Source: a virus
DNA: 64,000 nucleotides
Strand: one strand, 5' to 3'
Virus record (IMG/VR): IMGVR_UViG_3300042896_001274
Coordinates: 4,035-68,034 of that record
The notes beneath the pieces are model-generated. The model did no database searches. It was not told the origin of the DNA and worked only from the letters and a program-made list of their open reading frames with translations. Numbering within the stretch: the first letter of the stretch is position 1; every line of letters begins with the position of its first letter. This document shows, piece by piece, positions 45,803 to 54,513 of this stretch. A program made the translations under genes and the position numbers.

Positions 45803-48036
45803 GAATCAATGATCTTAATACGGTTCATGAAAGTTTTATTACCGTAGTTATCAACCGTGATTTCAGAAAGACAAACACTATATTTTGGAATCTCAGTCTT
45901 GCCATCCCATCCCCAACAAAACAACCTTCGATTTTGACCGCCTAATCCAGTTATGGTCAACAACAAATAAGGTTTTCCTGTCTTGGTTTTCTTTGGTTTT
46001 GAATCAGCAATGATAAACCAATAAATGTTTGTATCTGAAAGATCGTCGACCGATTGAACACCCTTCGATTCAAGCTTTTGAAGAATGTCTTCAGGCATAA
46101 GCATAGCTGCGTTGAATGACCCGAGATATTTTATGCTGTTATCTACCATCTCAGATCTGGTCCATTCTTCAATATCTTGAGTTTCGATTAAGATATTTTT
46201 AAATGATTCCATTCCGACCAACGGATTCTTTTTTGTATGTTTCTTGATTTCTACATTCCTATCAATCAAGATTTCATTCATTTGCTTATAACTGCTAAAC
46301 GTTTTTCCGTATCCGATACAATCCAAAGAATCGAAGGCTTTAATTCCAATCAGCGCTTCGAGTGAACGTTTATTAAATTTTGAATGTTTCCACGAACCGT
46401 CTTCATTCCACAACATCTCTTCTACATTCTTATAAGGACGCTTTTCAATAATCTCATCCACCGCTGACTCGCCAACTCCCTTACATGAAAGGAAGCTCGG
46501 CATAAATCGTTTGCCTTCCAAAATAGTCCAGCTCTTCGTCGCATAGTTAATGTCGATATTAACGATTTTATATCCCAATGCTTTAACTTCAGAGAATGCT
46601 TTAGAACGTTTTTCGTCATTTCCTGACATGGATTCAAGATATGCACAAAGCCATTCCTCTTCAAAGTAAGTTAGAAGCCATGCACAGTAGTAAGAATCAA
46701 TTGCATAAGAAACTGCGTGAGATGCATTGAAACCGTATCCTGAGAAGAACAACATCTTTTCATACAGCTCGTCTGCAACTCTTTCAGGTATTCCATTCTT
46801 CATTGATCCGTTAACGAACTCTTCTTTTGCCTTGCGAGCATCTGCAGCAGCATCATCTTTCTTTGCAGCAGAACGTTTCATAATGTTTCTACGGATCGTG
46901 TCTGTCTCTGCCTCAGGAAAACCTGCAACTACAGAGCACAACTTCATAACTGATTCTTGGAAAATGATGCAACCATACGTGTTCTTAAGAACCTTTTCAA
47001 TCAATGGATGTTGATAATCGATGTTATCTGCATTGTTCTTCGCGTCGATGTAAAGCTTATCAACGTTCGCAGCCAATGGACCTGGACGATAGATTGAAGT
47101 CAACGTTGCGATGTCGATGATGTTACGAGGCTTTGCCTTCATAAAAAGGCGTTGCGCGCCAGGCTGCGTACATTGGAAAACACCGGCAAATCTTCCTTCA
47201 TGATAAACATATTCATAGACCTTTTGATCGTTTAGATCAATGTTCTTTGGATCCATGCGTTTATCGAACCACGACTTGATGTCTTTAAATGTAGGATTTG
47301 CGATTCCTTCTCTACGTTGTAAGATCAAATGAATGCATCGTTCAATGATTCGTAAGGTTTCAAGGCCAAGCAAATCGAACTTAATCCAACCAAACTCTTC
47401 TAGATGTTTGTAATGCATGCCCTCGACCCATGGCGTTTGAGGTTCGCCACGGGCCAAGATGAGAGGCATCTGTTCTGCAACATTTTCAGATACGATAACT
47501 CCACCAGCATGACGGCCAAGAGATCTGTTTTGTTTGAATAAAATCTCAATCGGCTCTGCAACTTCAGGATGCAAAGCCACAAAGTCTTGCATGGATTTTG
47601 AATACTTCATCGCATCTTCATACGTCAAAGTAAACAAATTCTTGTCAACACCAGGTTTAAAAACTTCTTTCTTAACGTCATCCTCAATGGGAGCCAATGC
47701 AGCATTCACTTCTTCGAATGGAATGTTATAGAACCTAGCAATGTCCTTGATAAGGCTCTTTAGCTTAAAAGTATTGTAGTTAGAAATTGGAATGACATTA
47801 TGATTTCCAAAATTTTCGCGAAGCAAGTCGATTAGCTTATCACGGTCTCCAATATCAGAATCGATATCAGGAGCACCTGAATTATGAGTTAACAGCCATT
47901 CTTTACTTGTGTTTGAAACAAAAAACGTGTGATCATCGTCAACTTCGATATCGATTAATTCGATTTCATCTTCTAGGTCAACAATCTCAATTGAATTAAT
48001 CTTTGTACGTTTTAATGAGATAAGCTGTTCTTCCAT
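45799..48036 (-). CDS. dnaE: DNA polymerase III alpha subunit, C-terminal half with N-terminal split-intein C-fragment
   Basis: HN/S splice junction, then SGAPDIDSD, GRHAGGV, KFDLLGL, GVFQ, YRPGPL, IFQE, YGFNASHAVSY. Confidence 0.95.
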   Translation of the reverse strand: MEEQLISLKRTKINSIEIVDLEDEIELIDIEVDDDHTFFVSNTSKEWLLTHNSGAPDIDSDIGDRDKLIDLLRENFGNHNVIPISNYNTFKLKSLIKDIARFYNIPFEEVNAALAPIEDDVKKEVFKPGVDKNLFTLTYEDAMKYSKSMQDFVALHPEVAEPIEILFKQNRSLGRHAGGVIVSENVAEQMPLILARGEPQTPWVEGMHYKHLEEFGWIKFDLLGLETLRIIERCIHLILQRREGIANPTFKDIKSWFDKRMDPKNIDLNDQKVYEYVYHEGRFAGVFQCTQPGAQRLFMKAKPRNIIDIATLTSIYRPGPLAANVDKLYIDAKNNADNIDYQHPLIEKVLKNTYGCIIFQESVMKLCSVVAGFPEAETDTIRRNIMKRSAAKKDDAAADARKAKEEFVNGSMKNGIPERVADELYEKMLFFSGYGFNASHAVSYAIDSYYCAWLLTYFEEEWLCAYLESMSGNDEKRSKAFSEVKALGYKIVNIDINYATKSWTILEGKRFMPSFLSCKGVGESAVDEIIEKRPYKNVEEMLWNEDGSWKHSKFNKRSLEALIGIKAFDSLDCIGYGKTFSSYKQMNEILIDRNVEIKKHTKKNPLVGMESFKNILIETQDIEEWTRSEMVDNSIKYLGSFNAAMLMPEDILQKLESKGVQSVDDLSDTNIYWFIIADSKPKKTKTGKPYLLLTITGLGGQNRRLFCWGWDGKTEIPKYSVCLSEITVDNYGNKTFMNRIKIIDS
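47881..48036 (-). mobile_element. split intein C-fragment (52 aa)
   Basis: Block F (IDIEVDDDHTFF) and block G (LLTHN) followed by Ser +1. Confidence 0.92.
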
Positions 48037-48931
48037 AATCTTTATTTTCTAAATTGGGGATTTTATCATAGAGACCAGATGATCTCAACATTGAATAAAA
48101 ATCGTTCATATACACGACTTTTATTTTCACATCTGCAGAATTTAAACTCTCCCTAGCAGCTGAATTTGAATTTAACTTTTTCGAGAATAAATTTTCACTT
48201 TCTCGAATACCTTTTAATTCGATAAATTCGCCTAAGTCTGGTAAGTAAAAATCGGGAGTATAAAATCTTTTCTTTCCGTTTATTTCCGTTTCAAAAACTT
48301 TTTTTTCGTATTCAAATCGAATTTTTAGATAAATGCAATATCTCGCGTAATCTGCTTCAAGAGAACTTTTAAAATAAGGAGAATCTTGTATGTCAACCCT
48401 CCACCCTGTTCTTCCGTTTGTGTGTGACTTTATCAACCCTAACGATTGACCTTTTCTTGAACAAATTTTATTACAAAAACGAGTTGTTGCAGATTTTTTT
48501 ACTGTTAGTTTAGAGTTGCAAACTTCACAAAAAATATCTTTTCTATCATAAAGACTTTTTGAAAAACAATCAGGAGAACAAAATTTCTGAGTGCTATTTT
48601 CATTTATCTCAAACTGTTTAAGACAGTTATTACATTTTTTTTGGACTTTTACATGCCTGGTATTAACAAATGACATGTGCTTTGCGTAACAATTTTTTGA
48701 ACACGTCACACGATTTTTTGCTTGCGAATGAGGAAGATAAAATTCTTTACAACATATCTTGCATTCAACTTTTTGCTTAGATCCATTTTCAGGAATTTTG
48801 TACCAGGCTTTTTTGCATTTTTCACCGCAGTACTTCTTTCTTGCTGAACCTGCAGAACCAGATCCATTAACGACATATTCTACATAAAAAATCTTTTTGC
48901 AATGTTTACATGTTTTCTCAATTCTTTTCAT
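47996..48931 (-). CDS. free-standing putative homing endonuclease: four zinc-finger repeats plus PD-(D/E)XK domain
   Basis: Four CxxC...C-x3-C units; FKSSLE, YTPDFYLP, FIELKG; AT-rich; lies between the intein halves. Confidence 0.8.
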   Translation of the reverse strand: MKRIEKTCKHCKKIFYVEYVVNGSGSAGSARKKYCGEKCKKAWYKIPENGSKQKVECKICCKEFYLPHSQAKNRVTCSKNCYAKHMSFVNTRHVKVQKKCNNCLKQFEINENSTQKFCSPDCFSKSLYDRKDIFCEVCNSKLTVKKSATTRFCNKICSRKGQSLGLIKSHTNGRTGWRVDIQDSPYFKSSLEADYARYCIYLKIRFEYEKKVFETEINGKKRFYTPDFYLPDLGEFIELKGIRESENLFSKKLNSNSAARESLNSADVKIKVVYMNDFYSMLRSSGLYDKIPNLENKDYGRTAYLIKTYKD

Positions 48932-48939
48932 GCAGATAA

Positions 48940-49218
48940 TTATTTAACGATAGACAATAATTCGTCTGTAATTAAAATTTCTTTAGCTTGAACTTCAATC
49001 TTTTTATCATCACGGACAACAATCCATAGATGATTTTCTGAACATTCGATACACCCTTCATCAGTTCTAAATCGATAAACTCTTTTTGCTTTTGAAATAA
49101 ACTTGCTATTAACTTTCTTTAATGACCCAGATCCTCCGACTACTAAATCACCAATTTCTAAATCTTTGATTTTTTTAAAACTTTTTTCAGTTTTTACTAA
49201 AGTTTCTGGATTTAAACA
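48940..49218 (-). mobile_element. split intein N-fragment (92 aa)
   Basis: Block A CLNPETLV, KIKDLEIGDLV, block B CSENHLW, then a stop codon. Confidence 0.92.
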
Positions 49219-50718
49219 TCTATGAGGATTAAGAAACCTTTCAAACGAAAGGTCGTACTCCATTGGGTCAAGGTTCGTCACACCAAGAACATAAGCAACA
49301 AGAGAACCTGCTGCAGATCCTCGACCTGGACCGATCAGCATGTGTTCGCGGGCGATATCCATGATCGCCTTCATCGTCAAGAAGTACCTAGAGAACTTCT
49401 TACCCTTAATGATTCCTAGTTCATACTTAATACGCTCGATGTACTCTGGTTTGTCATCGAGTCCCCGCCAAACAAGTCCTTTCTTACAAGCATCAACCAA
49501 TGCCTTGTCCTCTGTCATTCCTTCCGGAATCACGTAGGAAGGAAGCTTCATCTCTTTGTTGGGATGAATGTCTCCAATTTCGTTGTGGACGATGTCGTGT
49601 GTGCGCTCAACTGCTTCACGAACAACATCATCATCATAGAACTCCATCTCACCAGCTGTCTGGATATAAGAATCCCAGACCTGAGAAGCATTCTTTGGAT
49701 ACAACTCGCACTTAAGATCATCCTTAGATTTTGGAAGCTGGCTAGGGTCAAAGTTTTGATAGTTCAACCAACCAAGTTTCTTATAGATCTCACGTTCCTT
49801 CCAGTTGTCTGGTCGAGCATAGTGAGAATCGCACGTCACGATCAACCTGTCTTCAAGGGAATTTCTCTTTGCAAATTCGATGATCGCACGATTGACAAGA
49901 TGCTGAGCAGGAAGCTTGTTAAACTGAAGCTCTAGACATACGTTATCACGACCTAGAGCGTCTGCTAATTTGTCATAGGTATTACCCATCTCGAGTAGAG
50001 CAGCTTCCATGATGGACTGATCATCCAGAAGCTTGTAGGAAAGGTCCTCGAATTTTACTCGTTGAACCTTTGAGAACACGTCATACGACAGCGGCCCTCC
50101 CAGACAAGCTGAGCTCACCATCAAGTGACCACCTTGAGCTGCTTCCTTAAGCATTCCGTAATCAACTCGTGGGAACCTGTAGAAGCCCTCCAAATAACCT
50201 CGAGAAACTAGATGGAATAATCTTTGTAGACCAATCGAGGTTTTTGGTAGGACAACCAGATGGTGCCGGCGCTTCACTGGGTCATTGTACTTACCAGATT
50301 TTGTCTCTTCCTCGTTCTCAATGGTCAGAGCAGCTTCGTCTGTTCCAATATCTGTTGTCTCATCATTTCCATCTACTACTGCAGTGAGAGGTGTGAGGAT
50401 AGACTCATCTTTGACAGGCTTCTCTTTTGATTTTTGTAGGTCCCTCTGCCACTGCTTCAAGTCAGGATGGACGTACATCTCACACCCAGGAATGAACTTA
50501 AAGTTCTTACCAGACTTACGAAGCTTCTCAGCATGAAGGTAGGCATGTCCAAAACCATTCATGTGACCATGGTCGGTCAGCGACCATGCGTCCATTCCAT
50601 TCTCAAGAACATAATCGATGTGCTCTTGTGGGTAGTCAAGTCCATCGAAGGTTGAAAATCCAGAGTGAGAATGTACACCTACGAATCGTGAGGGCACTTT
50701 TTTGTGATTTACGCTCAT
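48940..50718 (-). CDS. dnaE: DNA polymerase III alpha subunit, N-terminal half (PHP domain) with C-terminal split-intein N-fragment
   Basis: HSHS..S.FDG, TDHG, GCEMY, DSHY, GPGRGSAAGSLVAY, FERFLNPHR followed by CL. Confidence 0.95.
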   Translation of the reverse strand: MSVNHKKVPSRFVGVHSHSGFSTFDGLDYPQEHIDYVLENGMDAWSLTDHGHMNGFGHAYLHAEKLRKSGKNFKFIPGCEMYVHPDLKQWQRDLQKSKEKPVKDESILTPLTAVVDGNDETTDIGTDEAALTIENEEETKSGKYNDPVKRRHHLVVLPKTSIGLQRLFHLVSRGYLEGFYRFPRVDYGMLKEAAQGGHLMVSSACLGGPLSYDVFSKVQRVKFEDLSYKLLDDQSIMEAALLEMGNTYDKLADALGRDNVCLELQFNKLPAQHLVNRAIIEFAKRNSLEDRLIVTCDSHYARPDNWKEREIYKKLGWLNYQNFDPSQLPKSKDDLKCELYPKNASQVWDSYIQTAGEMEFYDDDVVREAVERTHDIVHNEIGDIHPNKEMKLPSYVIPEGMTEDKALVDACKKGLVWRGLDDKPEYIERIKYELGIIKGKKFSRYFLTMKAIMDIAREHMLIGPGRGSAAGSLVAYVLGVTNLDPMEYDLSFERFLNPHRCLNPETLVKTEKSFKKIKDLEIGDLVVGGSGSLKKVNSKFISKAKRVYRFRTDEGCIECSENHLWIVVRDDKKIEVQAKEILITDELLSIVK

Positions 50719-50781
50719 CTTTGCCTGTCTGTACATTGTATCCCAAAGGACAACGATTTTGCACAACAAAGATTCTGAAAT

Positions 50782-50808
50782 GAAAAAGGCCCCATTAAGG
50801 AGCCTTTC
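50782..50808 (-). terminator. intrinsic terminator
   Basis: AAAGGCTCC-TTAAT-GGGGCCTTTTT on the minus strand, downstream of 50856-51233. Confidence 0.65.
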
Positions 50809-50855
50809 CAGGTAAATTCAATAAAGAATTACGCGGTTATCGAATGTTCCCTAAA

Positions 50856-51233
50856 TCACTGAAAAGATTCTTCTGGTATCTCTCTCCACTCTGTATCCAT
50901 TGGATCAAAGAAATAAGTCGGTATTCTTCCTTTTTCGCCAGCTAAAAGAACAGGACCAGACATACCAGATTGTGGAATTTTGCCTAGCATAAATGAAACC
51001 TGTTTAGGATCTCGTGGAGGGGCTTCAGGTCCTCTCCGCGGTTGTAACATGTCAGCTACTTTTTGCAAAGTATCTTTTGGGTTTTCATCGCCCACCATGT
51101 CTAGGTTTTCTAAAGCCTTTGAGTACCCTATTTCTTTAGAACCGATATTCGGATTGTACGAGATTTTTTCCGATACGATTCTTTCGACTTCTTCCTTGAT
51201 GATTCTGCGTAGTTGATTGACTGTGATCTTCAT
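50856..51233 (-). CDS. protein with N-terminal MKITVNQLRRIIKEE tag
   Basis: Tag followed by IVSE; ATATTTA at 51259-51265. Confidence 0.75.
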   Translation of the reverse strand: MKITVNQLRRIIKEEVERIVSEKISYNPNIGSKEIGYSKALENLDMVGDENPKDTLQKVADMLQPRRGPEAPPRDPKQVSFMLGKIPQSGMSGPVLLAGEKGRIPTYFFDPMDTEWREIPEESFQ

Positions 51234-51282
51234 GTTATATTTCCCTAATCGATGTCGTTAAATATTAACCCACGTAAAAAAA

Positions 51283-52287
51283 TCACATTACCTGTGCCGC
51301 GATCAAGCAACCACGGGCAACGGCATGAAGAGGATCTGCTGCATGACGGACCTCCTTGACTGGAAGAGGAAATCCATTTTCCTCAAGTTTCTTTGCGAAT
51401 AGATCCACGAAACCCTTGGCCTTCGAAGTTCCACCGGCGACGACGATCGGAAGCGGATCCTTGAATTTCGGAATTGATTTATGACCATCCATCGCTGATG
51501 CCAATTGCTTCGTCGTATAATCGATCAAACGATCGTAGTAAGAAGCAACGGCTGCTAGAACCTGATTATCATTTGGCTCACCGACCGTAAAGTCGCCTTG
51601 TTCCTTCTCTGCCTGGACAATAGAGTCGGCTTCACCTGTTGCGACGGCTGCCATGCGGTCGACCCAATCACCTGACTTCGTTGTGGAAAATGTGACGACA
51701 GGTTCACCGTTCAACATCACACAAACGTTGACCATACCTGCACCCCATGAAAGAGCAACTCCGGTATAATCATCCTTTTCTAGTTCTGAATAGCAAAGGG
51801 CTTCGGCCTCATTGATTGCACGAGCAGAGTATCCTACCTCTGTTAGGAGCTTGACAATAACATCCTCGTGATAACCAACATCGAAGTCATCATCCTCCTG
51901 ATCAACAGGCTGTGCGGGGATGCAAAACACCAACTTCTCTCCAGGCTCTGAAGGCTTACCAGAAACTTCCTTTAAGATATACGTTAGGATCCTGCGAGCA
52001 TCTTTCTCCTTAGAAGAAACCACTCCTTTATACATTGGACGCTTGGCTGAGTCGTTTCTTTCTACGGCCTTTTCAATTGCGTCCTTGCCGAGGATGATGA
52101 AAGAACCGTCTTCATCCTTGACGAAAGTCTTTCCTGCGAGACCTTTCTCAATCATCTTGGTTGCGATGGGTGTTGTTGGTTTGATGACATAAAATGCATC
52201 GCGGAAATCCTTATATGTAACTTTGTTCTTAGAGCCTTCTTCAGCGAGAACGATGAAAGAAGTACCGACGTCGAGACCTTTAGCCAT
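51283..52287 (-). CDS. actin-like ATPase (MreB/ParM/Alp superfamily)
   Basis: GLDVGTS (phosphate 1), RP..GV, INEAEA (connect 1), SWGAG (phosphate 2), VAGGTS (adenosine), AVARG. Confidence 0.85.
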   Translation of the reverse strand: MAKGLDVGTSFIVLAEEGSKNKVTYKDFRDAFYVIKPTTPIATKMIEKGLAGKTFVKDEDGSFIILGKDAIEKAVERNDSAKRPMYKGVVSSKEKDARRILTYILKEVSGKPSEPGEKLVFCIPAQPVDQEDDDFDVGYHEDVIVKLLTEVGYSARAINEAEALCYSELEKDDYTGVALSWGAGMVNVCVMLNGEPVVTFSTTKSGDWVDRMAAVATGEADSIVQAEKEQGDFTVGEPNDNQVLAAVASYYDRLIDYTTKQLASAMDGHKSIPKFKDPLPIVVAGGTSKAKGFVDLFAKKLEENGFPLPVKEVRHAADPLHAVARGCLIAAQVM

Positions 52288-52311
52288 TTGATTTCTCCTA
52301 ATCTGGAAATA

Positions 52312-52614
52312 TTACTTATTCTTTTTGAGTTGTGCAAGTTTCGACACTGACGTGCCAACATCATCATTGACTGTCACCTGTGTGCCTAACTCGCCGCCCT
52401 TCTTGATGAGCTTATCAGTCGTGACATCAGTCACAAACTTTTTATCATCAATCTCAACAATCTTCTTCTGGCGTTGCGCAGGTTTAAAGAATGAACCCTT
52501 TGCGTCTATTTGATCGTGAACCTTAGGACCTGTTATCTTACCGATGACAAATCCTAATCCAAATGCTGTCACATATAGAAGCACTTGAATCGAGAAGATC
52601 GTTATGTCGTTCAT
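52312..52614 (-). CDS. small membrane-anchored protein upstream of the actin homolog
   Basis: N-terminal TM segment; C-terminal SVSKLAQLKK. Confidence 0.65.
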   Translation of the reverse strand: MNDITIFSIQVLLYVTAFGLGFVIGKITGPKVHDQIDAKGSFFKPAQRQKKIVEIDDKKFVTDVTTDKLIKKGGELGTQVTVNDDVGTSVSKLAQLKKNK

Positions 52615-52647
52615 AGAATAATCTATCTATCAAAGATATTTAGTACC

Positions 52648-53370
52648 ATGAAGAAGAATTTAGAAAAAACTTTAGTTGAAATGTTCGGAGACCCAATCGA
52701 CCCTAAGCTTGGAACAAAGATAGGACAGCTACCTGGAATCACCACTGTTGGTGCGGTGGGAGTAAGAGACATGGGAATGAACGATGATCTTGGAGATGTG
52801 TGCCAAAACTGTGGAATGATGTCCATAGACGGAAAATGTGGCTGCGAAGAAATGCCAGAAGAACACCACGATTCGCTAGAAGGAATGTGTCATGGTTGTG
52901 GAATGCCAGTTGAACAATGCATGTGCGCATCAAAAGAAACATGCCCAGTTTGTGGAATGTCACCTTGTGAGTGTGGCGATTATGGTGACAATGTTTGTTC
53001 TTCTTGTGCAATGATGTCACCTAGCATTGAAGCTCCTTCATGTGGATGCTTAAGCACAGGCGAAGAAATGTTAGAAGAAAAAACATGTTCTGAATGTGGA
53101 ATGAATGAATCCGTCTGTGAATGCGGAATGGATGAAGGCATGGGAGCACGCTGCGAAGCATGTGGAATGGATGAATCCGTCTGTGAATGTGGATATATGA
53201 GCGAAGCAAAAAAAAAAGGTCCAAGTAAGAAAACTGCAAAGAAAATTCTTCGTGGAACAAAGACCTTTGCACAAAAAATGAAAAAAGTTTCAGGTTGGGC
53301 AGAAGATCCAGCAGCTGCTGCAGCATGGATGATGCATAAGGCTACAGGGAAATGGCCTTCAGAAAAATGA
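52648..53370 (+). CDS. Cys-rich repeat protein (CxxCGM...C.C)
   Basis: About six CxxC(G)M units; basic C-terminal domain; ATATTTA 5 nt before the ATG. Confidence 0.7.
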   Translation: MKKNLEKTLVEMFGDPIDPKLGTKIGQLPGITTVGAVGVRDMGMNDDLGDVCQNCGMMSIDGKCGCEEMPEEHHDSLEGMCHGCGMPVEQCMCASKETCPVCGMSPCECGDYGDNVCSSCAMMSPSIEAPSCGCLSTGEEMLEEKTCSECGMNESVCECGMDEGMGARCEACGMDESVCECGYMSEAKKKGPSKKTAKKILRGTKTFAQKMKKVSGWAEDPAAAAAWMMHKATGKWPSEK

Positions 53371-53382
53371 TTTAATTACGAC

Positions 53383-54468
53383 TCATTTACCATGGGGCTT
53401 ATTTTCTTGAACACCTTGTGGGGTCACTGTGACGAATCTAGCCTTACCTCGCAACTCTCTGATGGTCCGGGCTCCTGAATAGGATAACCCGGACCGAATT
53501 CCGTCTAGCATCTCTGTTATCGTTGTCCTCATGGATCCCTTATAGCCAACCATCGTAGACTCACCTTCGACGACTGAAACACGGCCTCTCCAACTCATCT
53601 GAGCTTCCTTCGAAGCCATGCCTCGAAACTTCTTAAACAATGGAACACCGGCATGAGGCTTGGTCTTATATGTCATGCCCTTTTCATCCACAAGCTCACC
53701 TGGGGATTCATCATGACCGGCAAGAATCGAACCTAACATGAGCATGTCGGCTCCGGCTGCCAAAGCCTTCACAGCATCTCCGCTATTCCTAATTCCACCG
53801 TCAGCAACAAGGTAGACATCCCTATCTGACTTGCCACAATCCATCACAGACTGCAGGGTTGGAATTCCATGTCCTGTACGGATCCGCGTTGAACACATGC
53901 TCCCGCCCCCGACACCGACGCGGATCGATGAAGAACCCCAATCAGCAAGGTCATTGAATGCCTCCAGGGTAGCAACGTTTCCGGTCATGATGTGAATGTC
54001 ATTCCCGAACTTGTTCCTCATCAACGTCAATGCAGATTTCACGGATGAATGATGGCCGTGGGCGACATCAATACAGAAAGTCTGACATCCGACGTTGTGA
54101 AGAGCAGTGGCCCTTTCTAGAAAATCTCCAGTTGCACCAACGGCAATCATAACATTTGGAATCATTCTTTCAGGAGTCACCCTTAACTCGTTGACCTTGA
54201 GAAATGCCTTGACAGCTTCATCGATCGTACAATACCGATGAAGAATACCAAAGCCACCCAACTCATCAAGTAGAGCGGCGGCAGTTGGACCTATGACAGT
54301 ATCCATCGGAGATCCTACGATCGGACAAGAAAGAGATGGATGAATCTTGGTTAAAGATGCTGTTGCTTCATGGAAGCCAGTCACGCAAAGACTAACATTC
54401 GATCGTGATTCAATCTCAGAATATTGTGGAGTCAATAGGACATCATCAAAGCAAAGAGTTCGCTGCAT
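53383..54468 (-). CDS. guaB: IMP dehydrogenase / GMP reductase family (no CBS domains)
   Basis: FDDVLL.P, SPMDTV, IDVAHG, GNVAT, GVGGGSMCSTR, ADGGI, FRGMAS. Confidence 0.88.
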   Translation of the reverse strand: MQRTLCFDDVLLTPQYSEIESRSNVSLCVTGFHEATASLTKIHPSLSCPIVGSPMDTVIGPTAAALLDELGGFGILHRYCTIDEAVKAFLKVNELRVTPERMIPNVMIAVGATGDFLERATALHNVGCQTFCIDVAHGHHSSVKSALTLMRNKFGNDIHIMTGNVATLEAFNDLADWGSSSIRVGVGGGSMCSTRIRTGHGIPTLQSVMDCGKSDRDVYLVADGGIRNSGDAVKALAAGADMLMLGSILAGHDESPGELVDEKGMTYKTKPHAGVPLFKKFRGMASKEAQMSWRGRVSVVEGESTMVGYKGSMRTTITEMLDGIRSGLSYSGARTIRELRGKARFVTVTPQGVQENKPHGK

Positions 54469-54513
54469 GCCTCAATGGTATTCCAAAAGAGGCATGCTTT
54501 ACAAACTAAAAGT

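Noticed and set aside
46700-46760. Cyanobacterial-type DnaE split-intein site
   Set aside because: The site reads YGFNASH, uninterrupted and without the Cys nucleophile.
45799-50718. dnaE pseudogene, frameshift or group I intron
   Set aside because: Both halves keep their catalytic motifs and carry complementary intein blocks (C1 and block B His; His-Asn/Ser), and the exteins join seamlessly. No intron structure was recognised.
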